A stretch of 64,000 nt of DNA from the NCBI GenBank assembly GCA_013265495.1, contig MU058636.1:7332295-7396294 (forward strand). Reading direction: 5' to 3'. How positions within the stretch are numbered: the first letter of the stretch is position 1; every line of letters starts with the position of its first letter. Source of the stretch: Vicugna vicugna. Its lineage: Eukaryota. The notes beneath the pieces are model-generated. The model ran no database searches. It was not told the DNA's origin and was given only the letters and a program-made list of their open reading frames with translations. The position numbers and the translations under genes were made by a program. Below, piece by piece: positions 40,271 to 52,989 of this stretch.

Positions 40271-41871
40271 TGATGGTGAAGATCTGTCTGTCCCTGCCTT
40301 TAAAACATGATCTTCGGGTTGCATGTAACTAAACAGCTATGCTGGACTGAGGCAAGGTTTTTGTTGGATTTCTTTGTCATGGTTGTGGTTCGCCGGTTCA
40401 TGTTTCCCGTGGTCAGCGGTGCTTCACAGGGAGGCGCTACACATCCAGCGCCCACAAGCTTTCAAACAATCCAGTCCCACCTCTAAACAAAACACCAAAA
40501 GGAATCTGGGTGGTGGAGAGCAAAAGTGGTGAAGAGGAGAAAAAGCGGAAAAAAAAAAAAAAAAGGGAGCCAGCTGAGCCTGCTAAGACTCTTTTCTTGT
40601 TGTGTTTTAAATTAAACACACTGAAAACGGAAAGAAAATGAAAGCTTCTAACCTGGAGACAGACTTCATCTGAATCCCAACTGCATGACCCTCCACCTAC
40701 GTGTTTCAAGCACCATGGTAACATGGCATTTTTAAAGTAATTAGTTATCCTGAGAATATTTTCAGCAGAGATGAGCGCGGCGTGTCCTGTGGGAGCCGCC
40801 AGCTGCCAGGCGCTCCCTGGCCGGCTGGAGACTGCACAATTGGCTTGACACACATTTCAGAATTCCATGGGTTTCCAGAGGGTGAGGTGGCCCGGGCTAG
40901 TGCAGGGAGCCCACCCGCTCACATCCCTTAAAGGCAGACGGATGAGAAACCCTGCCAGTGACCTGTATTCTCTTCTCTAAACATTCTTATAGTTAGGCGC
41001 TATGCTTATTCTTAATAGGCATCCGAAGATATGACCATTTCAAGTGACCAGCAAAAAGAATGAATCCTCTCTCTATATAGCCTCAAGCAACTCCTATATA
41101 ACTAGAAACATCCTTATTTTTCTTTCTAAAATGCATTGAATAATAGATTTGAAATTATCAACAACTTGCCCTACAAATGGATGAAGGTTTATAATAAGAG
41201 GAACATACGACTGTTACAGGTGGCTGCAAGGATCGCTAAGACCTGGCAGATAAATTGTCCAGAGGACAGCAGAGATTCCAACCTGAGACGTGGAGGAGTA
41301 AGAACCCTGGGGGGTGGGGGGGAGAATCTTCAAACTTATGCACAGAAGAGAGCATTCCAAACATTAAATTGATAGATGAAACACAAAAAGTTAAGTTGGT
41401 TTCCAATGTTGTATTTATACCTCCTTGCAGTAGTGACTTCCCATGGACTGGATACCTGCCATATTTTAGGGAGGGGGGTGGATAATAAAATTAGACTTGA
41501 TTTTGAAGGGCAGATGCCAACTCTACCACTTACAATCTATATTCCATCACTCAATTTATTCAACATTAGTTGAGCAACTACTATATGTTGGGCACTGAGC
41601 AAGCTACCTAGACCTTCTGCGTCTATTACTGACAGAGTAAAATGGGCAGTCATGATGACTAACCTTACCTACCTCACAGGTAGTTGTAAAGCTCAAAGAA
41701 ATACATTTATGAAAGCATCCTGAAAACGGTAAAGGTGATGACAACACAGTTCTCCTATTTAATCAGCTGACTTCTCATCTGTCAAAAGTACCAAAGAAGC
41801 TTTCCTTCCCAAGACTTTCAAAACATGTAAACAAGTTTTATTGCTGATTTAGGTTTTTAAAAAGTGCTTTC

Positions 41872-42811
41872 CTTCCAAAATATATAAGCAGCTCATACGA
41901 CTCAATAAGAAAAAAATAAACAACCCAATCCAAAAATGGGCAGAAGACCTAAACAAGCAATTCTCCAAGGAAGACATACAAATGATCAAAAAGCACATGA
42001 AAAAATGCTCAATATCACTAATTATCAGAGAAATGCAAATCAAAACTACAATGAGGTATCGCCTCACACCAGTCAGAATGGCCGTCATTCAAAAATCCAA
42101 AAATGACAAATGCTGGAGAGGCTGTGGAGAAAGGGGAACCCTCCTACACTGCTGGTGGGAATGCAGTTTGGTGCAGCCACTATGGAAAACAGTGTGGAGA
42201 TTCCTCAAAAGACTAGGAATAGACTTACCATATGACCCAGGAATCCCACTCCTGGGCTTGTATCCAGAAGGAAATCTACTTCAGGTCAGGATGACCACTC
42301 CAATGTTCATAGCAGCACTATTTACAATAGCCAAAACATGGAAACAGCCTAAATGTCCATCAATAGGTGACTGGATAAAGAAGATGTGGTATATTTATAC
42401 AATGGAATACTACTCAGCCATAAAAACCGACAACATAACGCCATTTGCAGCAACATGGATGCTCCTAGAGAATGTCATTCTAAGTGAAGTAAGCCAGAAA
42501 GAGAAAGAAAAATACCATATGAGATCGCTCATATGTGGAATCTAAAGACTCATGGACAGAGAATACAGACTTGTGGTTACCAGGGGGGTAGAGGGTGGGA
42601 AGAGATAGACTGGGATTTCAAAATTGTAGAATAGATAAACAAGATTACACTGTATAGCACAGGGAAATATACACAAAATGTTATGATAAGTCACAGAGAA
42701 AAAAATGTGACAATGAGTGTGTATATGTCCATGAATGACTGAAAAATTGTGCTGAACACTGGAATTTGACACAACATTGCAAAATGATTATAAATCAATA
42801 AAAAATGTTAA
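41872..42811 (+). mobile_element. 5'-truncated LINE-1 (ORF2 C-terminus + 3' UTR + A tail) with a 13-bp TSD
   Basis: Uninterrupted frame 41874-42545 (SKIYKQL...[18 protein letters not shown]...[18 protein letters not shown]...[15 protein letters not shown]...) is L1 ORF2p with its CCHC motif. aataaa at about 42798. aaaaagtgctttc is duplicated at 41859-41871 and 42812-42824. Confidence 0.97.
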
Positions 42812-43214
42812 AAAAAGTGCTTTCTTTGTGTTTTCGATCTGGAGCTAGCAGATTCATTTCTTTGGGATTAATAAATATCCCTTCCTTTGTTTCAGGAAGA
42901 CTCCTCTAGGCTGGTACCATCCAAGTGGTGCCTGGCACTAGTTCTAGATTACCTTCAACAAGCCAAACCAGGGAAATCCTTGGATCCAGTGATTTCAAAG
43001 TTCTGTTTAACAGGGAATCTTTCTTCCAATCTTACATGGAGCCCGAATGTATAGACAGATGCCAGCAGGGCAGCTCTGGCTGTAAGAGAGCTCTTGTCCT
43101 CTTGGCTGTGGGCTCTCAGGCTCTTTCTGGAAGCCCAGGGATCCCTGAATCAGTTTGAAAATCACTCTCTAGCCCTAGCACTCACCTGGACTCCTCTCCT
43201 TCTTCCAGAAGACC

Positions 43215-43420
43215 CTGCAGCATAGCGGTTAAGAGGGTGGGCTCTCCAGCTAGGCAGGCTGGACCTGCATCTTGGTTTCACCAATGAATAGTTGACCTCC
43301 TCTAACCTGGAAGTCCTGCTCGGCCAAACGGGTGGTTGTGGGAATTACACAAATTCATCCATGTAAAGGGCTGAGCACAAAGCCTGGCAGATAAGATGAA
43401 CCCATTAATCATTAACAACT
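43215..43420 (+). mobile_element. MIR
   Basis: gcagcatagcggttaagag...ggctct...gtggttgtgggaatta...catgtaaagggctgagcacaaagcctggca. Confidence 0.7.
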
Positions 43421-44269
43421 ATTTTCCTCTTCAAATCCACGCGTATGGCACAGGCAGATTAGTTTTTATAAATGACTGCATTCCATGTGTCATCTTCGTG
43501 TTTCAAACTTTATAACTCTCCCCCTCTGCTCTCATACACAGAGTCAATGATAACCCCTCGTCCTACTACGGATGTGTGTATGCACACGCATGGGTATGTA
43601 CCATCAGTAACTATGTGCACATCTATAGATCTCCTATCAAACTCTCCAACCTCATCTGCCTCATCTTTCCTTCCACAGACCTGCTCTTTTGAAGTCCATG
43701 CCTCAACAGATCTGAAACATAACCACGCACAGTGGAAGGGACTAGCCAATGAAGTGCGTGACAATATCTGATTTGGAGCTCCTAAGTAAATCAGAGAGGC
43801 AGAATACACAAAAGGAGAAGGTCCAACAGTGTTGGATAGTGTGTTCCCAGTGCTAATGGGATGGCAAGAACAAAAGCTTAAAGCAATCAGGCTGGGAGAG
43901 TCAGTAAGGGCATTCTTGAGGAGGTGGAATCAAGAACTGGAGAAAATCTGAGAGCCACTTAGGACAAGGCATGGGGGTGGGAGGAACCCAGTGAACCTCA
44001 CAGAGGAGGCCGATGAGAGGAGGTTGACATCACGGAGGGCAGGAACAAAGACCTTGGCTGCACACACAATGGTTCGTTGAAAGCCTCCTAAAAGGGGATG
44101 ATAAGGTCAAAATGGAATTCGAGGAACACTGATCCGCAGACTGACTGTAGAAGGGACTGGGGTGGGAAGAGGTAGGAGGAAGGACACCTGCTCTGCGGAC
44201 ATCCCTGCCCAACGCCTCCGCCGCACACAAAGCTGAGTGTCTCTTCTCCTACCCGCCCCTCCCCCGCAG

Positions 44270-45110
44270 CCTGTAGCAGGGACCAGCACTACCATCCAGC
44301 GAGGTGCCCCAGCAAGGAGACTGCCAGTCGTCCTTGACCCCTTCCCTCCCTCACCCCATACATTCAGTAGGTCACCGTGACCTTTCACCCCTGCTTCCAC
44401 ATGTTTCTTAATTCTGTTCACTGCTCTCCATCCCACTGCCAACAAGCCCAGCCAGGCCACCATCTCTGCAGTGACCATTTTAACTGCCACCTCACAGGTC
44501 ATCCTGCGTCCAGTCTCATCTCTGCTTCCAGAGAGACCTTTAAAAATGTAAACTGGGTCACATCACACCCTGTTTCCTTCAAATGGTTTCAGAAGATGCA
44601 CCACAGCCCAGCCCTTCCCTCATTTCCTGCCACTTTTTCCCTCCCTTCCTCCACTCCAGCCGTTCTGGATTTCTTTAAGTTCCTCAAAGGTGATACTGAA
44701 ACATGCTTTCTGCCTGAAATCCTCTTCTGTCATCCCACCCCTGCTGGGCCGCCACACCACACCACACCACACCCCCCCAACCCCCCGCACACTCACTGAC
44801 TCACCCACCCACCTCGGTGGCCTGGCTGACACCTACTCATCCTCCGGGCTTTCCCTTAAATCCTGCATCCTCAGAGAAGGCGTTCCTAAATCCAAACATT
44901 AGGTCCACAAGGCCTGGCCTCATAGCCCTGTACTTCCTTTTTCATAATGCACATGGTTCCAGAAATTATTCATTTAATGTCTGTACCTCACACTAGACTT
45001 TAAGTTCCCTGAGGCAAGGACCGTGCCTGTTTCATGGAATATGGTAGCAGCACCCGGAACAGTGCCTGGTCAGAATCAGTGCTCAAGAAATAGTACTTGA
45101 ATGAATGAAG
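44270..45110 (+). mobile_element. LINE-2 3' region
   Basis: Ends cactagactttaagttccctgaggcaaggacc...cagtgcctgg...gtgctcaagaaatagtacttgaatgaatgaa, the L2 tail with TGAA repeats. Confidence 0.8.
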
Positions 45111-47819
45111 AGAGGAAGAAGGTCACTTCAGAGGCTCCTGCAGTGACTCAGGGAAGGAAAGAAGGGTCTGGACACACCTGGGAAGATACATGGAGGGGGC
45201 TGGTGACTGTGGGAAGGGGCTGGTGACGCAGAGGGAAGACCAGATGACAAGGCGGGGATAAAGTTGCTACCCCAGGAACCGGGAGAAAACAGTACCCGTG
45301 ACAGAGCCACATATTCGGACTAGAAACTGATTTTTGGAACTTCATGTGCTGGGTCAGAGGTAAAAGTGAACAGAGGAACACTGCGTCCATCACTCCGAAT
45401 GTTTCACATGACCTTGTTCATGAAGACGAACTCTACCCAACAAAAAAGTTTACCAAGGCTGGAAACCCTGGCCGGCCCTTGAAACACAGAGCAAGGGGCT
45501 TGTTAAACTATGACATGAGCTGAATCAAGCCTCACTTTCAAATTCTGTTTCTCTTAAGCTCATTCTGAAAAAGTGGCTGAAAAAATGGACCACATTTTTA
45601 AAAGTAAATAAAAGGCACTATTATTTCAGTCATGCACGCAGTTGGTGCCCAATAAATGTTTCTCAAGGTGATGGCAGCTTGTTTCAGAGATGCTCTGCTT
45701 ATCACCTCCCCCACCTCCATCACCCCTGATTTCCTTGCAGAAAGGGACCACATCCTCCAAACCCTCTGACCAGCGCCCAGCTCGGAGTTGAGCATGTAGC
45801 AGATGAACAATAAACATTCCCTGACTGGCTGTTAGATATAGAATGGAGCATTGATGGAAAGGCAGAGCTGGGTTCCAAATTTATCTCTTCAGCTGTACCA
45901 TGTTACTCAAAACCTCGTGTCTCTACAAGGTTGTTGTGAGGAGGGGAGGAAAGAGCACACCCAGAAGCACTCTGCAAACTGTACAGCCTATACAACTGCA
46001 TGCATGCTCTCCACTGTTACCAACACAGCTTGGAGCTGCAGCACTGGAAGGGAGACTGAGGGGAACCTGACGTATACGAGGCATCCATCTCGGTCAAGGA
46101 GTGTGAACCCTGGCGCGTGTTCTCTTTTTAAGCCCTCACGAAAACCCTATGAAGAAACAGACTCTGAACTGTGAGATACACCCCCAAAGTCACAGCTTCA
46201 AGTGGCCCAACTGGTGCCCCAACAGACGTCTGACCTCGAAGCCCCCCCCCCCCACGGCGCCGCAAAGCTCCGGTCAGGGTGCCATTTGCTCAAGACCTGA
46301 AGAAGCGGAGGCCCCGAGAGCCACCTCACGGGACCAACGCACAGCAACAGAGCTCGAAAACCACGCCCCAAGAAATGTGAAGTCCGGTCACCTTTCCTTC
46401 ATTCCTGAAAATGACTGGGCTTCCACACTGGCACCTTAACCTGGAGGAACTGCTGTGGATCGGGAATTTAAGGAAAGTGAACAGGTTGATCCGTCAGGAA
46501 ATTAACCAGTGAAACGATGAAAAAGAGCCTAAGAAAGGAAGGCAGCTTGAAAGATCTCTCCAAATTCTGCATTTAGATAAGGAAGAAGTGTGAACAGATG
46601 AGGACAAACAGCCAAGAAAGACCTTAGAAACCAGGGTCTCAGGACTCTTGTGGGAGGTCCTAGATGACCTGCCTGAGGTCACACTCTAGTCTGGTTCCGA
46701 AAAGAACCAAGACTCCTAACCTGGCTCTGTAGCTGAATCCCAGGCACCCCCAGCTTCACTATTTCACCACCTTTCCCCTGAGCTGTTGAAAGGGCGTCTG
46801 AGTCACCAGGAAGATGGCCAGGACGTGGTGGGCTGCCCTGGGCCTGAGAGACATTGTGAAGGAGGAGACCATCTATTCTGTGGGTGTTTGGAGGCTTACG
46901 ACAGAGAGTGGGGGTCAGAGAGGCTGCAAGACAAATGATAAAGCTGGTGGCACTAAACGTAAAGGACACAGGCTGGCTCAGCCCCCCTGATTCACCAGTG
47001 AGTCAGAGTCTGCGAGCAGGAAGCACCGCCTTGGGTTGTGTTTTGGAAAAGCACTGGGAGGTACACTTTCAGAAGGTCTCTGTGTTCTGCTTTATCAAAA
47101 AGAACAACCACCACCAGTGATAATTAAACAGAGGCCAAACTTTTACACGAATTAAAAGCCATGCAATACACGTCTTGGCCAAGTTTGAAATCACTGAGAG
47201 CTATAACTGGCCCCAACAGGAGGTCACCTGAGGCAAAGATATTGTTTGGGAGGATGGGGGGACGGGAGCGGGTAGGTCTGAGTTCATGTTCTGGTTCTGC
47301 TATGTATTAACTGTGTGATCCTGGGGACCCTCCACTTCCTTATTCTCGTTGTAGAGAAAATCAGAGATACACAAATGAATACACACGGCCCGGCACAATA
47401 CCCAGTCCATAAAGGACAAAGGCTATTTTACTATTAGAAGTAGAGGAAGCAACGATGTTCCCATGCTGTAGATTTTTATATATTGCAGTTGCTGGATTAC
47501 AAGGCATCATGTGTTAGACGTAAGTCTCCCACACCTTTCTCAGAAGGGCGCCGGTTCTAAGAAGAATCCCCTTGAAGGGCCGAAGAGGCCCAGGGGTCTG
47601 CTACTGCGTCACGTTCATGAAGATTTCAGTGTGTCAGAGGTTCAGCTCCTCCCAGCAGCAGCCAGGCAGTCAAAGCTGGAGCATTCTCTTAGCAGTACAC
47701 CTCCTGTCCACACCATTCACTGTGACAGTGTTCTGTGAAGGACTCCGGAGGTACCAAATGCGATTTTGCACAGCATTAACAATAACCGTGAGGCATTAAC
47801 AATAACCGTGAGACATCAA

Positions 47820-48022
47820 CTGAGTCTTACTTTCGCCTGGACACTACTCTTTATACAGTCTATTTACTAAATTCTCACAATAAACCTATGAGGTACAGAT
47901 TATGGTTGGCTGCAACTTAGAGAGGGGAAACTGAGGCACAGAGCTATTTAAGTCTCAAAGCTAGTATGGGTTGGAGCCATGACTGAAGCCAGGCAGTCCC
48001 GAGCCTGTGCGCTCAGCAACTG
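47820..48022 (-). mobile_element. MIR
   Basis: ctcacaataaacctatgaggta...agaggggaaactgaggcacagag...gaagccaggcagtc. Confidence 0.75.
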
Positions 48023-49415
48023 CTCTGTTCTCCTGCTGGCTGACCAGGAAGAAAGCTCAAAGTGTGAAGACACACAACGTGAGCCTGCCTGCATGTAACA
48101 CGGACACTGGGTGACAGAGGGGCAGTAAGTCCTCAGGACTGCGTCTATCTGATCCTGGTGGTAGTCAGAGAACCTGGATGCTAGAACATCACTCGAGCTG
48201 CTTTCAATTCCTTTCAGGTCAAGCAGATTCAAGCCCAGAGACCCAGCACAGCCAACCCGGGTCCTCATCCTGCCAGTGCTCGGGCCACCTGCCACAGAAC
48301 AGGCACGCAACCACCACCCCACAGCTGTTACGTGTGGGATACTGACTCCCAAATCTCCCCTCCCGTCTCCCTCAGGGAGCTGCCCACTTCGGTTTCCTGA
48401 GGACAGCATCACCAGGCAGCCAGGACACAGGAGCTCTATGTGGGGAGATACTGCCTGGGACACCTACTCAACAGGGTGGCAACAGCCTCGCTGGCGTGCC
48501 ACTCCATTCAGCACACTTCTCCTTACAGTTCCTGCTAAATCAAAATACCCACCATTTGTCTGTCCAGCCATTTACTCTACCAACAGCGCCTGCGCTGTGC
48601 TGTGCTGCTCTGGCAGCCTCCTGAAGGGCACCAACAGATATGCAAACAATTACGATCCAATGTGATCAGCTCAAACCCTGGAAGCACAGAGTGTTACAGT
48701 GACACAGGAGACAGCCAGGAGTTCCTCCTCGGGGCTGGGGAGGTTGAAGGAGAGTCCTCAGAGGTGATGACAGTGCCCTGGCTCTTAAAGGATGACGAAG
48801 AGTCCACCAGGTGGAGTGTGTATGTGTGTGTCAGTGGGGAGCCTCCTGCAGAACGAGGGTCTGCTGTGTCTGGGAAGCTGGGTGCAGCAGGGAACCCGGG
48901 GAAGGGGAGGTGAGGCACAAAGATACTGGGCAAACCTGTCCCATGTTGGGCACTGAGGAGTTAAAAGTGTATATAAAATATGAACTGTGTGCCTTCAAGA
49001 TTATCATAATAAATTCGGGAAACCTTCATACTGAGACCCCTGAGACAATGAGGGAAAAATAAAAGGCAGAACAAATGCAGATACGGGACTAAACTTGTTC
49101 TAGCAAAAAAGAGAGGGCGCTCGGGCCTGTCCAAGAGGGGTCAGAAGGAGGCGGTACTGCAGCCGTGTTTAAAATCATAGGCTGTGGGCGACCTAAGGCA
49201 CTCACTGTTTACTTCAGTTTCCCAAGCGAGCTGCCCTCAACCCCACGTCTTCCCCAAGCAGACGTCTCCTGTCTCTCCAACATGTCTGTGACTGCTTCTC
49301 TTTAAAGCCCCTTGATGTGTGCCACTGCCCCCTCGAATGCAAGCGTATCAGCTGCAGAATCTGATTAAGGTCTGGAGTTTCTGATGTGAAGTAGGTAGGA
49401 ATCAAATCATCTTTT

Positions 49416-49481
49416 TCCCTTCCTCCCTCCCTCCCTCCCTCCCTCCCTTTCTTCCTTCCTTCCTTCCTTCCTTCCTTCCTT
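49416..49481. repeat. (CCCT)n(CCTT)n polypyrimidine microsatellite
   Basis: Read directly. Confidence 0.95.
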
Positions 49482-49567
49482 GCTTCCTACTATTTTTAAG
49501 AATGCGTGTTCCAGAGTATCCAGCGGGTCACTACAAAGGCTCTTCGTCAAGAAAATACCAGCTAGGC

Positions 49568-49636
49568 CAAGAGTTCTTGACTTGGAACCATGGATGAGTT
49601 TTAAGGATATACAACTTCTCGAAATTGAAGGCTTGT

Positions 49637-49677
<41 letters not shown>

Positions 49678-49785
49678 ATACACGTATCTGTGCATGAAAA
49701 TGTTTATTTTTCTGGGACAGGGACCAAAGCTCTCAATAAGTTCTCGTGAAGGAGTATATTCCCCGGAAGACTAAAAATCAGTGAC
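49568..49785 (-). mobile_element. MER103C-like hAT MITE containing a (TG)n microsatellite (49634-49674)
   Basis: atttttctgggacagggaccaaagctctcaataagttctc...taaaaatcagtg resembles reverse MER103C. The TG run is read directly. Confidence 0.55.
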
Positions 49786-49791
49786 TCAGAT

Positions 49792-50010
49792 CAGGGCTCA
49801 GCAAACTGGAGCCTGCAAGCCAAACCTAGTCACTGCCTGTTCTTATAAATAAAGTTTTATTAGAACACAGCCCCTGAGCATTTATGTATTGTCTGAAGCT
49901 GCTTTCACACAACAACAGTAGAACTGATGAGTTGCAACAAAAACTGATATGATCTGCTAAACCTAAAATATTTACCATCTGGCTCTTCACAGAAAAAAGA
50001 GCTGACCCCC
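49792..50010 (+). mobile_element. MER58A (hAT-Charlie)
   Basis: cagggctcagcaaact...taaataaagttttattagaacacagcc...cctaaaatatttaccatctggctcttcacagaaaaa...gctgacccc. Confidence 0.9.
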
Positions 50011-52200
50011 AATGTGGACAATATTTTCTAGAATCATCCATTACACCTGGGCAGTTGCTTGCTAATAATTCACTACCCAAATCCAAAGGTAAGCAAATAA
50101 TTTTAGAATAAAAGTTTCCCGGCTCTAACTGGCAAGCTCATAGATTAGTTGATGTGCTATAGCCTGGCCTTCCTCCTGTTCTCCTTAGGAGTCCACAGGA
50201 CAGGGGAGTGGCCAGGAGGGAGACCAGCAAGAATTCTTCCACGGAGACCCTGCCGCGGGCAGCCTGGGCCAAGCTTCCTTTGCAAATTGCTAGAGAAGAG
50301 ATAGTTAAGCAAGAAAATTATCATCACTCTAAATAATTCAAACACAGAGTCCTGCTGCTGGCTACAAACCAAAGATGAGAAATTATATAATTAGCCGCAG
50401 CAGGTTTAAAAGACCATATAAAATATGCTAATGCTCTCACCACGTCAAGGCTAAGCTGCAGAAACGATGTCATCTATTAACTGGCCTAGCAGATCAGTCC
50501 AAATAAAGAGAAACATCCTAAGGGTATTTTTAAAATAATATAATCAGTCAGTTTGAGAGAAATCTTGTCCTGGGCTACACAATAGGTTAAGAAAAACTCT
50601 TACTCCATTTTAATGTGTTTTAGGCTGCGTATTTCTATCTCGATGCATTTTTGATTAACAGAATATTCATTTTACTATCTCAGTCAAGAATCTTTTTGGC
50701 GTGTATTTTTTTTGCGGTTGTTTGGCAGAGCTCTCATCATTCTGATCTATCTGCGGGAAGATCAGGTGATGGATGTGGACAATTTAAATACATGCACTGA
50801 GAACAAAGCAAGCAGATACCATCTGAATATGACCACACGTGAACCTCAAGTCATGCAGCCTTCTTCCATGTTAGATTTCTTCCATGCTTGAAATCTTAAG
50901 AACTATACGCTTTACCTAAACTTGCAGTTTGTACGTGAAGCTAAGTGTGTGGCATTAGGAGAGAGAACAAACTAACAAGTCTCTTGGCGAGAGGGGAAGA
51001 AATATTTGCAAAGCTAACCTTAATGCCAGGGCACTCCAGGAGTCTTATTCTACTCAGTAGGGCATCATCATATTCTGGAACCTCTAAACCTTCCTCTTTC
51101 AGTGCCACGTGGCCCTCATACCCTTTTCCAAGCACTGCTATCTACTGTGGACGGCCTCTTTCTGTGAATTGTTTGTGGAGAAATGTTTCATCATAAATTG
51201 GCATCTCTCATATTCACTAACATCTTATTCAGGTCAATGTTAAATAGTTCAAAATGAGGATCTAAAACCCATTCCACTTTAATCATGCAAGGGTTTCCAA
51301 CATCCAAAAAAAAAAAACAATATCAAATTATAACATGCGTCCATTTCACCACAACTTCACAACGTGATTCTCAGCCACGTCATCTCAATTTAATCTTCTC
51401 GGCAATGATTTGTGATTGGTACCATTTTGGTCTCCATTTTGCCAGTGGACACTGACTCAGAGAGGTTGAGTATTTTGTTTAGGGTCACACAGGTGAGGGC
51501 AGGAGCTGGTGGGAACCAGGACCCTCCCCCAGGGCTGGAGCTCTTCTGAGGGGGCTTTTAGGCCGATGTTGATGCCCCTGCCTGACTGATGCAAGCTCAT
51601 ATACTGGAACAAGCCCGGGACTGGCTGTCAGAGCCTGGCTTCAAGGCTCACCCCTTACCCTAGCCTGCTGGTTGATGTGGGGCAGTCAACTTAACTCCCC
51701 TGGGCTTCGGCTTCCTTCACATGTGAAATCGAAGAACTGAACAAGACATTTCCTAAGTTCTTCCAGCCCTAACGATTAGGAATTTAATTGAGTAAGAGTA
51801 ACCCAGTTCCCAAGTGATCTGTCTGAAGGAAATGGATCTGGTTTGAAATACAAAGTACACTCAATAAGCAGAGGGGCGGGATTTTGCATTTTACACATTT
51901 TTAGGTGATTCATACCACAGGTCCCTCTCATTTAGCACAGTTCACTAAGAGCTGACTGTCTACACAGCTGCTAAAACACTTCTACAGTCCTGATACAGAA
52001 ATCACACTTTCGAGGTGGGAGTGTCAAAGAAGGGGGACCAGCCAGCCTCTCCTGAGTTTCTCTTCCACTGTTTGCAAAGAACCAAAGTCTTTGATAAATG
52101 CGTTGTTTTTCTAACTCTGTCTTCGCATTATAAGTGGTTGGTATTGTTATTGTTACAGAATTAACCTGGATGTTTCCCCTGATCTGCACAGGGCCCATGT

Positions 52201-52930
52201 TGTATAAGGAAAAATGTGTTTGGTCTTCCTCCTGGGTTCCTGGGAAGAAGTCTCTAGACTCTCAGAATTTCCCAAGTGACAGGAGCGTCCATGACACTCA
52301 CGGCAGGTCCCTCGAATCACACCTGGCTTATGCTAATGAGATGACTCAAGATGGAGAATGGTCATACCAAAAAGACCAACCATATGATTTGAGGGTGTGA
52401 TTTGAGGGGCTTTGAATCATGTGATAACTTCCCAACCTCTTGGGACTAGGGGACCTACATACTGGGAGTTCAATCACGTGGCCAGTGATTCAACCAATCA
52501 GGCCTGTGTAATGAACCCCAATAAAAACTGTGTATCGAGCTCAGTGGAGCTTCCTGGTTGGTGAACACAGTGAGTTCCTGGACGGTGATGCGCCCTGACT
52601 CCACAGGGAAGGGCACGGAAGCTCTATCTCTGGGAGCCTCCCAGACTCACGCCCTCTAAGTCTCTTCATTTGGCTGGTCTTGATTCGTATCCTTTGTAAC
52701 TGTAATCATAAGAATAGCACTTTCTTGAGTTCTGTAATGTTCAACCAAGATATTGAATTTGAGGGTGAGTTAAGAACCTTTGAACTGGTAGCCAGTGGGT
52801 CAGAACTGTGGCTGGACTTGGAACCCCGTAATTGGCAGCTGGTGTCTGAAATTAGGGTGACCTTGCTGGGGACTGTGCCCTTACCCTGGGAAGTCTGTGC
52901 TGACTCCGGGTAGTGAGTGTCAGAAATTCA
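52201..52930 (+). mobile_element. MER21-like (MER21C) solo LTR
   Basis: cacacctggcttatgctaatgagatgactca, aaagaccaacca, ccaataaaaact, gagcttcctggttggtgaacac, ttcttgagttctgt and tgactccgggtag are all MER21-type motifs. Confidence 0.8.
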
Positions 52931-52989
52931 GGGCAGCCCTGCAGCCCTCCACCGCTACAGAGCTCTGCGTGGGACAAGCAGGTGCACGC

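Noticed and set aside
41982..42545. 187-aa ORF as a host or domesticated gene
   Set aside because: It is the C-terminus of L1 ORF2p in a truncated insertion lacking promoter, endonuclease and RT domains.
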